Shown one piece after another: positions 38,837-49,548 of a DNA stretch of 64,000 nucleotides. The notes under the pieces are model-generated. The model searched no databases. It had not been told where the DNA came from and saw only the letters and a program-made list of their open reading frames with translations. Positions within the stretch are counted from its first letter, which is position 1. Each line of letters opens with the position of its first letter. The stretch is from Micavibrio sp. (GTDB lineage: Bacteria > Patescibacteriota > Minisyncoccia > Moranbacterales > GCA-2747515). Where the stretch lies: assembly GCA_020718085.1 (NCBI GenBank), contig DYDB01000001.1, positions 47,384 through 111,383 of the forward strand, written 5' to 3'. Both the position numbers and the translations under genes were made by a program.

Positions 38837-40573
38837 ATGAAACGTTCCGCCATACATCTTGCAACGATCAAAAAATATATTCAACCGCAAAAAAATATGT
38901 TTGTGGTGGCATTGGTTTTTGTGTTGATCGAAAATGGTATTCAGTTGATCCTGCCACTTTTCTATGGTAAGTCCGTTGATCTGGTGATCACACAGAAAAG
39001 TTTTTCTATCACTGTTGTTGTGCTCATTGGCAGTTGGTTTGTGTTGAGTCTTGTGAGTGAATGGGCGATGCGTATGCGTGTACGATGGGGTGTGCGCATC
39101 GGATACAGAGTGGGCATAGATATGTTCACGCGATATGTGCGTCACCTGATCCGTTTGCCTCTCTCATTTCATAAGAGTCATAAAACAGGGGAATATATCG
39201 AGCGATTTGATCGCGCGGATGCGTATATGGACCGTGTGATCAATGAGGGAGTGTTGCAAAGTGCGCCACATATTCTCACGTCATTTTTGGCTTTTTGTGT
39301 GATCGTGTGGATCCAGTGGGAATTAGCATTGATCTACTTATTGTTCGTGGCCATATTTGTCATCATAACGATCAACAAAACAAAGCCAATTGTTGCATAC
39401 AACGAGGATATCAGTGAAAAATTGGAAGACATTTATGGAGATGTCTTTGAGCGTACGCCAAATGTTTTTGCGATCAAGGCGCATGGTGCTGAAGAAGATG
39501 AATATGTACAGAATCAAGAAAAATATGAAAAAGTCTACCACTTATTCGATCGGTACACGGGTTTTCTCATGAAATTGCAATTCTGGCAACACGTCATTTT
39601 TTCCACCGGTTTTCTTTTGCTTTTTCTCACGGGATTATATTTTATCACGCGTGACATGGTGACGATCGGACAGTTCATCATGCTTTTGGCATATATCAAT
39701 ATGGCGTCAGCGTCCATTCAAACACTTGGAAGTAATTATAAGGATCTGCAAGAAGGTTTGGTGACGATTGCACGTGCCGAAGAAATTTATCGCGTACCTG
39801 AGGAAAAATATCTCAACCTGCACGCTCAGTCGATGGATCGTTGTGAAGGAAAGATTGAATTTGATCATGTGTATTTTTCATACAAAGATCAAGAGATTCT
39901 CAAAGACGTCAATTTTACGATAAATCCGGGGCAGATGGTGGCGATCGTGGGGAAAAGCGGACAAGGGAAAACAACATTAGTGGATATGATCCCGCGTTTT
40001 CTCATTCCTACGGATGGTGCGGTTCGTGTTGATGGTGTTGATGTGCGTGATATCAAACTGGATGATCTGCGCAAACAAATTGCAATTGTCTCACAAGAGA
40101 ATGGACTCTTTCACGACTCGATCAAAAATAATATCGTTTATGCGCGCAAAAGCGCACGACCGGATGAGGTATTGCGTGTAGCGCGGCAATCGCATTGTCA
40201 TGAGTTTATCCATAAATTACCAAAAAATTATGACACGCTGATTGGTGATCGCGGTGCAAAACTTTCTGCAGGTCAGAGACAACGTTTGTCGATCGCACGT
40301 GCGATCTTGCGTGATCCGCGCATTCTCATTCTCGATGAAGCAACGAGCGCACTGGACAGTGAATCGGAAAAATATATTCAAAACGCAATGGAAGAAGTCA
40401 TGAAAGGACGCACAACAATCGTGATCGCACATCGTCTGAGCACGATCCGCAAAGCAGACCTGATCCTTGTAGTAGAAAATGGACGCATCATAGAGCGTGG
40501 TGATCATGAAGAGCTTATGGACCATGGAGGAGTATATAAAAAACTACATGAATTACAGCATACAGGTGTGTAG
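38837..40573 (+). CDS. ABC exporter (fused TMD-NBD, MsbA/MdlB-like)
   Basis: 6-TM domain, GKSGQGKT, LSAGQRQR, ILDEATSALD. Confidence 0.92.
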   Translation: MKRSAIHLATIKKYIQPQKNMFVVALVFVLIENGIQLILPLFYGKSVDLVITQKSFSITVVVLIGSWFVLSLVSEWAMRMRVRWGVRIGYRVGIDMFTRYVRHLIRLPLSFHKSHKTGEYIERFDRADAYMDRVINEGVLQSAPHILTSFLAFCVIVWIQWELALIYLLFVAIFVIITINKTKPIVAYNEDISEKLEDIYGDVFERTPNVFAIKAHGAEEDEYVQNQEKYEKVYHLFDRYTGFLMKLQFWQHVIFSTGFLLLFLTGLYFITRDMVTIGQFIMLLAYINMASASIQTLGSNYKDLQEGLVTIARAEEIYRVPEEKYLNLHAQSMDRCEGKIEFDHVYFSYKDQEILKDVNFTINPGQMVAIVGKSGQGKTTLVDMIPRFLIPTDGAVRVDGVDVRDIKLDDLRKQIAIVSQENGLFHDSIKNNIVYARKSARPDEVLRVARQSHCHEFIHKLPKNYDTLIGDRGAKLSAGQRQRLSIARAILRDPRILILDEATSALDSESEKYIQNAMEEVMKGRTTIVIAHRLSTIRKADLILVVENGRIIERGDHEELMDHGGVYKKLHELQHTGV

Positions 40574-40791
40574 GTTTGTATCATGGCCATTGTAAGAGAA
40601 AAGCATTGTAAAACCCCTATTTTCAAGGGGTTTTTTGTTAAGATTGTGAAAAACCGCATAAATAAAGGGTTTTTTGGATATAAATATTGACAAAAATGTA
40701 ATAATGGTGTATAATAACAATTCAATCGTTTATTTAAAAATTTAATATATAAACCCAAATATCGCCTTCACAAAAAGGCAAAGGAGGCGAT

Positions 40792-41730
40792 ATGCCTACA
40801 GTAATTGATGTCGCAATTGAACTTTTCATTGCCACAACCATGGTGTTGTGTATGATGAGACTGATCCAAAAATGGTCATGGGACAAAGTGATCATGACCA
40901 TGTATTTGGTTTTGATTGCGGTTGTTTTCGGTGACTATGTCACCATCGAATCTATCAAAAATGTGTTGCCAATAATTCTTGATTTTTTGAAAGATTTTGG
41001 TATTCGCATCCTTGCGATCGTTCTCATGATCGCATGTGCTTTACAGATCGCACACCTGGTTGGCATCTTTTTCAAAAGTTGCGTCTGGCAGTTTTTTGTA
41101 AAAGCTTTTCAGGTTACTCTGCAAGTCATCGCTGACATTCATCCATGGGCTGCAAAAGTGGTCGGTGGCATGATGTGGGTAGGCGGTTTGGTCAAAGTTG
41201 CTCTCAGTCATTTTTATGATATCGAGGGTGATGATGAGGCAGAGGAAGTTGTTGATAAAGTACGCGAGCTACATCTTATGAGTTTGTTGTACGATATCAT
41301 CGACTATTGGGCTGCGGGACTCTGTGCTCTGCTGGTGTCATATCTGGCAGAGTATCAATTCACGTATGCTCAAAAATCAGGAATCGTCTGGATTGTGATC
41401 GATGTTCCCTTTGCGTTGAGTGCTTTATACGGATGCTTTAAATCCGGTAAAGATCTCACGTGGGGTGAGGCACACAGACGAGCTCATGATGGCGTATACG
41501 CATACAACCGTATCGCAGGATGGATCTACAGGGTCGTCCAGCATGTGGTTGGCACCATTTGGGATGGACCGGAGCAGATTGCAATATTTTATGCGCAAGA
41601 ACTCAGGACCAAAACCAAGATGGTTATGCTCGCCATCGCCCTGAGTATTCCTCAAGCTGCATTTTGGGCTTGGGCGTACACACTTGGAAACGATGCGATT
41701 ATCGTTCGTTTTCTCGAGTGGCTCGGTTAG
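40792..41730 (+). CDS. Hypothetical polytopic membrane protein
   Basis: Multiple TMs; TTGACA(40687)-17-TATAAT(40710) promoter, AAGGAGG 40781-40787, terminator ~41738-41772. Confidence 0.75.
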   Translation: MPTVIDVAIELFIATTMVLCMMRLIQKWSWDKVIMTMYLVLIAVVFGDYVTIESIKNVLPIILDFLKDFGIRILAIVLMIACALQIAHLVGIFFKSCVWQFFVKAFQVTLQVIADIHPWAAKVVGGMMWVGGLVKVALSHFYDIEGDDEAEEVVDKVRELHLMSLLYDIIDYWAAGLCALLVSYLAEYQFTYAQKSGIVWIVIDVPFALSALYGCFKSGKDLTWGEAHRRAHDGVYAYNRIAGWIYRVVQHVVGTIWDGPEQIAIFYAQELRTKTKMVMLAIALSIPQAAFWAWAYTLGNDAIIVRFLEWLG

Positions 41731-41841
41731 ATTGATAGAGGCGTTTGTTTTATAAAAAACAGACGCCTCTTTACTTTTTTAGATAACATAAAAAACAAAA
41801 ATATGTTATACTGTTAAAAAGTATTAAGAATATTTTTATAT

Positions 41842-42372
41842 ATGCAAAGAAGAACATATTCTTGGATGAATCCATCAGTCGAAGTGCGAGAAACATTAGA
41901 GACGGGCAGAGGGATTTTTGCAATAAAAAATATTAGTAAGGGAGATTTGATCTCTGTGTTTGGTGGGTATGTGATAACACGTGCTGAGGAGCTTGAGCTG
42001 CCTGATGAATTTAATGACGAAGGTGTTCAAATTAGTGAGGATTTAATTTTGGGCATAAAAAGTGAAGCGGATCTTGAAGATGCGAGCTATATTAATCACA
42101 GTTGTAATCCAAACGCTGGATATAATGGACAAATATTTCTTGTGGCGATGCATGATATCAAAAATGGTGAGGAGATTACATTTGATTATGCGATGTGCTT
42201 ATATCAGTCAGAAAATGAAAAAAAGTATTCTTTTAAATGTTTCTGTGGAGCATTAAATTGTCGGAAAATTATTACAGACAATGATTGGAAAATTCCTGAG
42301 TTACAAAAAAAATATGATGGCTATTTCCAATGGTTTTTACAAAAGAGGATTAATGATAAGAATGATAACTAG
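41842..42372 (+). CDS. SET-domain protein (with post-SET CxCG..xCR)
   Basis: GRGIFA, INHSCNPN, GEEITFDY, CFCGALNCR. Confidence 0.92.
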   Translation: MQRRTYSWMNPSVEVRETLETGRGIFAIKNISKGDLISVFGGYVITRAEELELPDEFNDEGVQISEDLILGIKSEADLEDASYINHSCNPNAGYNGQIFLVAMHDIKNGEEITFDYAMCLYQSENEKKYSFKCFCGALNCRKIITDNDWKIPELQKKYDGYFQWFLQKRINDKNDN

Positions 42373-42378
42373 TTGTGT

Positions 42379-43134
42379 ATGAATGTCTATACGAACATCG
42401 ATGATGCTTCTTTGGAAATAAAAAACAGATGGAATAATGATGGTTTGAAAAAAAAAGTTTTGGAATATTTTGATGGAGATTTGCCTAAAACATTTTGTGA
42501 GCCACGTGCTGTACTAAGTCGCAATATTGCCACTCCGGATATTGAATGTGTGCATTTTTTTAACTTGGCAAAAAAGATTGGATTATTGCCAATTATTTGT
42601 GAAGGTGTTGGTGATAAATTTTCATCTGCGAGTTCTGATAAAGTTGGGCTTGTAAAATTAAATTTTTTTGACGGTTATGATAAAAACCATCAGTTGTTAA
42701 GACATCATAAAAAAATTATTGACATACCTTCAAATGATGGTAAAAAGTTCAATGTAATTAATACATTATGGGGTGAAAATCTAGTCGATTTTCACCATCG
42801 AATATTAAAAGAATATTTACATGAAAGTGTTGACTTATTTGATGATTTTGACTGGTTTCATAAAATTGGCATGAAAACAACAATTGGTGAATATTACAAA
42901 AATTTTTTTGTTTTTTTTGTATGTCATGGGGTATTATTTGAAAATTTTGTCACTGATGCAGAGGAATTGGAATTCTTTGATAAAATAGTTCAACCAGCAT
43001 TTGAATATATCGAAAGTTATTTTGGTGTAAAACCTCTCATTGTGGAACTTGCTCCTCATGATCAAGCTAATAACCCATATTGGTGGTGCTATCCGTCAGA
43101 TGTAGAAAAATATATTTTAAAAGTAGATATGTAA
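42379..43134 (+). CDS. Hypothetical protein between SET and histidine kinase genes
   Basis: 251-aa ORF, AT-rich, tightly coupled to both neighbours. Confidence 0.75.
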   Translation: MNVYTNIDDASLEIKNRWNNDGLKKKVLEYFDGDLPKTFCEPRAVLSRNIATPDIECVHFFNLAKKIGLLPIICEGVGDKFSSASSDKVGLVKLNFFDGYDKNHQLLRHHKKIIDIPSNDGKKFNVINTLWGENLVDFHHRILKEYLHESVDLFDDFDWFHKIGMKTTIGEYYKNFFVFFVCHGVLFENFVTDAEELEFFDKIVQPAFEYIESYFGVKPLIVELAPHDQANNPYWWCYPSDVEKYILKVDM

Positions 43135-43144
43135 AATAAAAAAT

Positions 43145-44791
43145 ATGGACTATAATTATATTACGAATATCAAGTCTTGTCACATTGCTATTCCACACCT
43201 CTTACATTATTCTCATATCCCAACCATTTGCATAGCAATGTTTTTTGCGATCTTTATTCTTACAAAGAATCGCACTCTTGTTTCCTATGTATTTTTTTTC
43301 ATGGTCTCGAGTTTCTCTTTGTGGGTTATGGGAAGCTACATAACTTGGATTGGAACAGATGGCTCATATATAATGTTTTCCTGGGCGACGCTAGCCATCT
43401 TTGATGTTTTGATGTATCTCTCAAGTGTATATTTTGTGTACCTTTTTATTGATGGAAAAGATATTTCTTATTTTAAGAAAGTGATTTTATTGATTCTTTT
43501 TATCCCAGTATTATTTCTTTTCACAACATCAATAAACTTAAAAAGTTTTAATTTAATGGAATGTGAAGCAACAGAGAGTTATTTTAACAGCTATGTTTAC
43601 TTTGTGGAAATCATCTCAGTGTTATGGATAATCTTTATTGTTATTAACCGATACTTTCGATCTACATCTGAATTGCGCCGTAAAATAGCTTTCTTGTCCG
43701 TTGGATTAGTCTTCTTTTTAGCCGTGTATTTTCTTCTTGGTTTATTGGCTGCACAAGATATCCTTCCATATTCTTTTGAATTTTATGCACTTTTTGGCAT
43801 GGATGTTTTTATAGCAGTAATGGCATATTTAATTGTGCAATATGGTGCAATGGACATCAAGCTTGCGCGGGCACAAGCTCTTGTATGGTCTCTCATTTTA
43901 CTCATCGGTGCGCAGTTTTTCTTTATTCGCAATCCGACCAATCAAGTGCTTAACAGTATCGCATTTGTTTTGGTGTGTTTTATCGGGTATGGTGTGGTGA
44001 AGAGCGTGAGGCGTGAAGAGCAGCAGAATGACAGGCTCATTCATTTTTCCAAGGAATTGACGCGTGCCAATGCAGAGTTAAAACGTTTGGATAGTGCAAA
44101 GTCGGAGTTTATTTCAATTGCGTCGCATCAATTGCGCACACCGCTTACGGCGATCAAAGGATATATCTCACTGATCTTGGAGGGGGCATATGGACAAAAT
44201 GCAGACAAAACCGATGATGCGCTCAACAAAATTTTCTTGGCAAATGAGCGTCTCATTCAACTGGTAGAAGACATGCTCAATCTTACGCGTATTGAATCGG
44301 GGAGATTGGATTATCACTTGGAAGATAATGTGCAAGTGGAAGATATCTTGTCTGAACTCAAGGATATGTTTATTTTGCGTACACAGGATAAAAATTTGGA
44401 CTTTGTCATTGATACGGGAGACACGCAATTACCGCCGATTAAAGCGGATAAATCCAAATTGCGTGAAGTAATTTCAAACTTGATCGACAATGCGATCAAA
44501 TATACCAAGGAAGGCTTCATTCATGTTTCAGCACAGAAAGATGGCAGTATCGTACGCGTCACGATCGCTGACTCCGGCATGGGCATCTCCGAAGAATCAC
44601 TCAAAACACTTTTTGCCAAATTTTCTCGTGGAACCGATTCGACCAAGGTATACACCGACGGTTCGGGCTTGGGACTCTATGTGGGTAAAAATTTGATCGA
44701 ATCACAGGGTGGGCACATCTACGCAGAATCCGATGGTGTAAACAAAGGCTCTCGCTTCATCGTAGAAATGCCAATTGCAAAAGGAAATTAG
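43145..44791 (+). CDS. Sensor histidine kinase with multi-TM (7TM-like) N-terminal input domain
   Basis: ASHQLRTPLT, NLIDNAIKY, DSGMG, GSGLGL. Confidence 0.93.
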   Translation: MDYNYITNIKSCHIAIPHLLHYSHIPTICIAMFFAIFILTKNRTLVSYVFFFMVSSFSLWVMGSYITWIGTDGSYIMFSWATLAIFDVLMYLSSVYFVYLFIDGKDISYFKKVILLILFIPVLFLFTTSINLKSFNLMECEATESYFNSYVYFVEIISVLWIIFIVINRYFRSTSELRRKIAFLSVGLVFFLAVYFLLGLLAAQDILPYSFEFYALFGMDVFIAVMAYLIVQYGAMDIKLARAQALVWSLILLIGAQFFFIRNPTNQVLNSIAFVLVCFIGYGVVKSVRREEQQNDRLIHFSKELTRANAELKRLDSAKSEFISIASHQLRTPLTAIKGYISLILEGAYGQNADKTDDALNKIFLANERLIQLVEDMLNLTRIESGRLDYHLEDNVQVEDILSELKDMFILRTQDKNLDFVIDTGDTQLPPIKADKSKLREVISNLIDNAIKYTKEGFIHVSAQKDGSIVRVTIADSGMGISEESLKTLFAKFSRGTDSTKVYTDGSGLGLYVGKNLIESQGGHIYAESDGVNKGSRFIVEMPIAKGN

Positions 44792-45016
44792 TCTCAATAG
44801 GTAAATAAGAATGGAGAAATAACAATATTATCCCGCACTTCTTGCGGGATTTTTCCTTATGGTCTATAGTTTATGTTCTGAAATTTATTCAGGATGATAT
44901 ATAATATCCGCGATCTCTTTTGAAATGCTACCAAGGTGAATTTGACAAAAAATGGAAAAAGCGATACTATGGTGATGTATCTAGAGCCCGAGGGGGCTTT
45001 TTAAAATCCACGAAAT

Positions 45017-45202
45017 ATGGAGAAAATCACACAATTTTTGCGGGAAGCGTATGGTGAATTGAGACGCGTTTCATGGCCATCACGCGAACAAACGATCCAG
45101 TACACAACTCTTGTGGTTGTGATCAGTATTGGTATAGCGCTCTTTTTGGGTCTTTTGGACTATTTGTTCAGTGACATCATAAAGAATGTGATCATCAAAT
45201 AA
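45017..45202 (+). CDS. secE: Preprotein translocase SecE
   Basis: ELRRVSWPSR + TM, upstream of nusG. Confidence 0.93.
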   Translation: MEKITQFLREAYGELRRVSWPSREQTIQYTTLVVVISIGIALFLGLLDYLFSDIIKNVIIK

Positions 45203-45241
45203 AAAATTTTTAAGTAATTTGTATCGTAATATTTAGCATAT

Positions 45242-45787
45242 ATGGCAAAACAAACGCAACATCACGGTATAGCGTGGTATGTTCTTCATACATATTCCGG
45301 TTACGAGGATAATGTGGCCCGCAATTTGCGACAACGTATCGAGTCCATGGACATGCAAGATTTTATCTTTGATGTGATCGTGCCGGTGGAAAAAAAGATC
45401 AAGATCAAAAACAGCAAACGTGTAACAGTTGAAGAAAAGATCTATCCCGGATACGTTTTGGTTCAGATGGTGGTAACAGATGCATCATGGTATGTGGTAC
45501 GTAATACGCCAAATGTGACTGGATTTATCGGATTGGGCACAACGCCAACGCCGGTAGATGCAAATGAAATTCTCTCGATCAAGAAAAAAATGGGACAAAA
45601 CGAACCGCGATATCGTATTGACGTGAAAAAGGGAGAGAGTATAAAGATCGTCGATGGTCCGTTCAAAGATTTTGATGGTGAGGTAAAAGAAATTGATGAG
45701 GCAAAAGGAAAAGTGAAGGTACTCGTTCTCGTATTTGGTCGCGAAACACCGGTAGAATTGGACTTCCTCCAGATCAAAAAAATATAA
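45242..45787 (+). CDS. nusG: Transcription antitermination factor NusG
   Basis: WYVLHTYSGYE, PGYVLV, KOW domain, FGRETPVEL. Confidence 0.97.
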   Translation: MAKQTQHHGIAWYVLHTYSGYEDNVARNLRQRIESMDMQDFIFDVIVPVEKKIKIKNSKRVTVEEKIYPGYVLVQMVVTDASWYVVRNTPNVTGFIGLGTTPTPVDANEILSIKKKMGQNEPRYRIDVKKGESIKIVDGPFKDFDGEVKEIDEAKGKVKVLVLVFGRETPVELDFLQIKKI

Positions 45788-45842
45788 TATATCTAAACCT
45801 AACTACTTACTACGCACACTACTAACTACTAACTAATATATT

Positions 45843-46271
45843 ATGGCAGTAAAGAAAATCAAGACAGTGATCAAATTGCAGATCCAGGCAGGCAAAGCAA
45901 ATCCAGCTCCTCCAGTGGGACCGGCATTGGGTCAACACGGACTCAACATTCAGGATTTTTGTATGCAATTCAATGAGGCATCCAAAGAGCGCATGGGTGA
46001 TGTCGTTCCAGTTGAGATCACAGTATATGAAGATCGCACTTTCAGTTTTGAGATGAAGACATCTCCTGCATCAGAATTGCTCAAAAAAGCAGCTGGTGCA
46101 CAAAAAGGCGCAAGTAATCCTGTGACAGATAAGGTAGGTAAGGTGACAAAAGCACAGGTACGTGAAATTGCTGAGGTGAAGATGGTAGATCTCAATGCAG
46201 CAAGTGTGGAAGCAGCGATGAAGATCATTGAAGGCACAGCACGCTCAATGGGCATCACTGTGGAAGAATAA
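45843..46271 (+). CDS. rplK: 50S ribosomal protein L11
   Basis: [25 protein letters not shown]. Confidence 0.97.
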   Translation: MAVKKIKTVIKLQIQAGKANPAPPVGPALGQHGLNIQDFCMQFNEASKERMGDVVPVEITVYEDRTFSFEMKTSPASELLKKAAGAQKGASNPVTDKVGKVTKAQVREIAEVKMVDLNAASVEAAMKIIEGTARSMGITVEE

Positions 46272-46344
46272 TATTTGAATGAAGAATTAATAATGAAGAA
46301 TGAATAACATTTTTCACTATTAATTATTAATTGTTAATTAATTT

Positions 46345-46376
46345 CGTGGGAGAGTTGTATGACTCGTATGTACCAC
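46345..46376 (+). promoter_or_regulatory. Putative L1-binding autoregulatory leader of rplA
   Basis: GTGGGAG-hairpin-ACCAC just upstream of rplA, matching the known L1 target pattern. Confidence 0.6.
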
Positions 46377-46386
46377 AAAAAATACT

Positions 46387-47058
46387 ATGAAAAGAAGCAA
46401 ACGATATAACAGTGCAATGGAGAAACGCACAAGTGAAAAAATGATCTTGGTAGACGCGGTAACTTTTGTGAAAGAAAGTGCTAAAGCAAAGTTTGATGAG
46501 TCAATTGAAGTGCATGTACGTCTCAATATTGACGCACGCAAGGGCGAACAAGCAGTGCGCGGTAGCGTTTCTTTGCCAAACGGCATCGGAAAGTCTGTAC
46601 GTGTTGGTGTGATCACAGAGGACAAAAAAGATGAGGCTCTCAAAGCAGGTGCAGATGTTGTCGGCGGACAAGAATTGATCGACAAGATCAAAGCCGGTGC
46701 GTTGCCAGAAGTGGATATTCTCGTGGCAACACCTGATATGATGCCAAAACTTGCGCCGGCAGCTCGTATCCTTGGACCACGTGGTCTCATGCCAAGTCCA
46801 AAAACAGATACAGTAACGTCAAATGTAGGTGAAGCGGTAGAATCTCTCAAAAAAGGTAAGGCAAATTTCAAAAATGACAACTCCGGTAATGTGCATCAAG
46901 TGATCGGTAAAGCGTCTTTCGATGCAGAAAAACTTACACAAAATTATACAGCATTCATTGATGCAATAAAATTGTGTCGCAATGAAGCACATAAAGGACA
47001 ATTTATCGCATCGATCAGTATGTGTTCAACGATGGGTCCAGCAGTGGTCATTGAATAA
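46387..47058 (+). CDS. rplA: 50S ribosomal protein L1
   Basis: KFDES, LGPRGLMPSPK, STMGP. Confidence 0.97.
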   Translation: MKRSKRYNSAMEKRTSEKMILVDAVTFVKESAKAKFDESIEVHVRLNIDARKGEQAVRGSVSLPNGIGKSVRVGVITEDKKDEALKAGADVVGGQELIDKIKAGALPEVDILVATPDMMPKLAPAARILGPRGLMPSPKTDTVTSNVGEAVESLKKGKANFKNDNSGNVHQVIGKASFDAEKLTQNYTAFIDAIKLCRNEAHKGQFIASISMCSTMGPAVVIE

Positions 47059-47182
47059 TATTACACATTTTACAAAAATGTCTGCAGAATATTTCTGTGG
47101 ACTTTTTTGTTGGAATGGTATATACTTTTCAAGTAAAACTTGCATGTACGGCAAAACATAATTATTAAATATATTACACTTT

Positions 47183-47752
47183 ATGCACAAAGGAAAAATC
47201 ATTCTTGGATTAGTGGGAGAAACCGGAAGTGGAAAAGATACGGTTGCGCATTATCTTGATAGACGGTACAACGTGGAATTGTTACGATTCAGTCGTCCAC
47301 TCAAAAAGACTCTCGATCTTTTCTTTGAGCAATCTTCCAAAGAAGATCAGGCATGGTTGTATTTGGTGTTTAAAGAGCGATTTGGTGAAGATGTTTTACA
47401 TAAAGGTGTTGCGCGATATATTGCACAGCATGACGGCATTATGTGTGTCAATGGCATGCGCATGATGATGGATCTGGATTTTATTCGTTCATTCGAAAAC
47501 AATTATATTATTTACGTAACAGCTGATCAGAAATTACGTTGGAAACGTACGGCAAGTCGCGGAGAGAAATCCGATGATGATCAGACATTTGAAGAATTTC
47601 AAAAATTTGAAGCTGCAGCAGAAACGGAACAGGCGATTCCGGCGATTGGAAAAAATGCAGATTTTGTCGTACGCAATGAAGGTACGATGGATGAGCTTCT
47701 TTGGCAGGTAGATGATGTGATGAAGACCATCTTGAAAAGTCAATCAAAATAA
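47183..47752 (+). CDS. P-loop NMP/dephospho-CoA kinase-like protein
   Basis: GETGSGKDT; paralog of 48358. Confidence 0.75.
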   Translation: MHKGKIILGLVGETGSGKDTVAHYLDRRYNVELLRFSRPLKKTLDLFFEQSSKEDQAWLYLVFKERFGEDVLHKGVARYIAQHDGIMCVNGMRMMMDLDFIRSFENNYIIYVTADQKLRWKRTASRGEKSDDDQTFEEFQKFEAAAETEQAIPAIGKNADFVVRNEGTMDELLWQVDDVMKTILKSQSK

Positions 47753-47770
47753 TTATATTAAATCAATCTT

Positions 47771-48268
47771 ATGAAAAAAAGCGTAAAAAAACATAAGAGA
47801 GCAACATGGGATGAGTATTTTCTAAATCTTGTGGAGTTGGTGGGTTCACGAGGCACATGTGATCGTGGGCGCAGTGGTTGTGTTGTAGTAAAAGATAAAA
47901 GAATTATTGCGACAGGGTATGTGGGTTCTCCTATGGGTATCGGACATTGTGATGAGTTGGGACATGAGATGCATACAGTGGTGCAAGAAAACGGTGAAAC
48001 ATCACAGCATTGCATTCGCACTACGCATGCAGAGCAGAATGCAATTGTTAATGCGGCACGATTTGGAACAGCGCTAGATGGTGCAACGTTGTATTGTCAT
48101 ATGACACCATGTTATGTATGTGCAAAAATGATTATCAACGCCGGTATAAAAAAAGTTGTTTGTAACAAGGATTATCATAAAGGACAGAGAAGTAAAGAAA
48201 TATTCAAAGAAGCGGGAGTTGATTACGTGTTGATTAACGAGGAAACTGAAACATATAAAAACATGTAA
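47771..48268 (+). CDS. dCMP deaminase (ComEB-like)
   Basis: HAEQNA and PCYVC Zn motifs. Confidence 0.92.
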   Translation: MKKSVKKHKRATWDEYFLNLVELVGSRGTCDRGRSGCVVVKDKRIIATGYVGSPMGIGHCDELGHEMHTVVQENGETSQHCIRTTHAEQNAIVNAARFGTALDGATLYCHMTPCYVCAKMIINAGIKKVVCNKDYHKGQRSKEIFKEAGVDYVLINEETETYKNM

Positions 48269-48357
48269 TGTTTGATCTTCTAATAACTGTAAATCATAAA
48301 GAATAATCGGATATCGACTAAAGCTTTATAACTTTATAAACTTTTAACTTAGAAAAT

Positions 48358-48909
48358 ATGGCAAAGATCATTATTGGGCTTGCGGGAGAGATGGCAAGTG
48401 GCAAGGGGACAGTTGCACAGTATTTGGCCACGGAGAAAAAAGCGTCAACGCACCGCTTTTCAACGATGTTGCGTGACGTTTTGGATCGATTGCACTTGGA
48501 ACAATCGCGAGATCATATGCAAAAACTTTCTTTCATTATACGTGAAACATATGGACAGGATGCTCTTGCACATGTGATGGCGGAAGATGTGAAAAAGGAC
48601 ACTGCAGAGGTGATCGTGGTGGACGGTGTGCGACGTATGGATGATATTGTGTTTCTCAAGCAAATACCGGAATTCAAACTTGTGTATATTGATGTCAACT
48701 TAGAAACACGTTATGAACGCATTATAAAGCGCAGTGAAAATCCCGATGATCAAAACAAAACCTTTGAACAGTTCGTTACGGAAAGCAAAGCTGATGCGGA
48801 GTTGCAAATCGCAGGACTCAAAGAATATGCAGATATTGTGATTGATAACAATGGGGATATCGAGAGTCTTTATGCACAAATAGATATTCTTCTGGCGGAC
48901 GTGGAGTAA
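48358..48909 (+). CDS. P-loop NMP/dephospho-CoA kinase-like protein
   Basis: GEMASGKGT, VVDGVR, ADIVIDNNG. Confidence 0.78.
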   Translation: MAKIIIGLAGEMASGKGTVAQYLATEKKASTHRFSTMLRDVLDRLHLEQSRDHMQKLSFIIRETYGQDALAHVMAEDVKKDTAEVIVVDGVRRMDDIVFLKQIPEFKLVYIDVNLETRYERIIKRSENPDDQNKTFEQFVTESKADAELQIAGLKEYADIVIDNNGDIESLYAQIDILLADVE

Positions 48910-49103
48910 TTTACAATTTTCAATTCACAATTTACAATCAATTTTTCAATTTAGCAATTTTCAAAAATTGAGCAATTGAAAAATTCTGTCAGATGTATTT
49001 TTATGTGTAGTGCCTTGCAAGAGTGGATTTTATGACCCGCTTCTTTTCTTTGCGCGTCATAATAAAAATTTGCGAGGCACAGTATAATTACGCTCCTGCA
49101 AAA

Positions 49104-49206
49104 CGTCATCGCGAGGAATGTAGCGACGAAGCGATCTTTTCCTTGCACATGCAATTTTTCGTACAATAACCGAGATTGCTTCGTTACTGTGTTCCTCGCA
49201 AAGACA
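49104..49206. repeat. REP-like family B
   Basis: CGTCATCGCGAGG...ACGAAGCGATCT / GAGATTGCTTCG...CTCGCAAAGACA. Confidence 0.8.
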
Positions 49207-49356
49207 ATAAGTCGCGTGTGTTTTTGGATAAAAGTGAATAGTAAAAAATTTTTGACATTGTTTTTGTGATGTGACATGATGATATATTCGGTCAATGGTG
49301 ACTGGAGAAAGATCGTTTTTTAACATATAAAAATATATGATAAAGGAGGTGTTCTG

Positions 49357-49521
49357 ATGCGATGTGGTCACTCGTTTTGTCGATGTGGGTATAGTAATAT
49401 AAGAAGCTGCAAACGCTTTGGACGCTTCTATGTCTTTATATGTCGTCATTGTGGTCATATACGGGCAAAACATGAGTGTGAGGTTCAATTTGTTGTTATG
49501 GCGCAGTTCAAAAGAAAATAA
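49357..49521 (+). CDS. Small Cys/His-rich (Zn-finger-like) protein, 54 aa
   Basis: AAGGAGGTG SD then MRCGHSFCRCGYSNIRSCKRFGRFYVFICRHCGHIRAKHECEVQFVVMAQFKRK*; not in the ORF track. Confidence 0.65.
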   Translation: MRCGHSFCRCGYSNIRSCKRFGRFYVFICRHCGHIRAKHECEVQFVVMAQFKRK

Positions 49522-49548
49522 GATGTCAACAAAAAAGGAGAATCTACC

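Noticed and set aside
47183-48909. Two kinase-like paralogs around dCMP deaminase as a defence (dNTP depletion) system
   Set aside because: The context (thyX, MazG-like, core operon, native start signals) fits housekeeping pyrimidine salvage better; there is no island signature.
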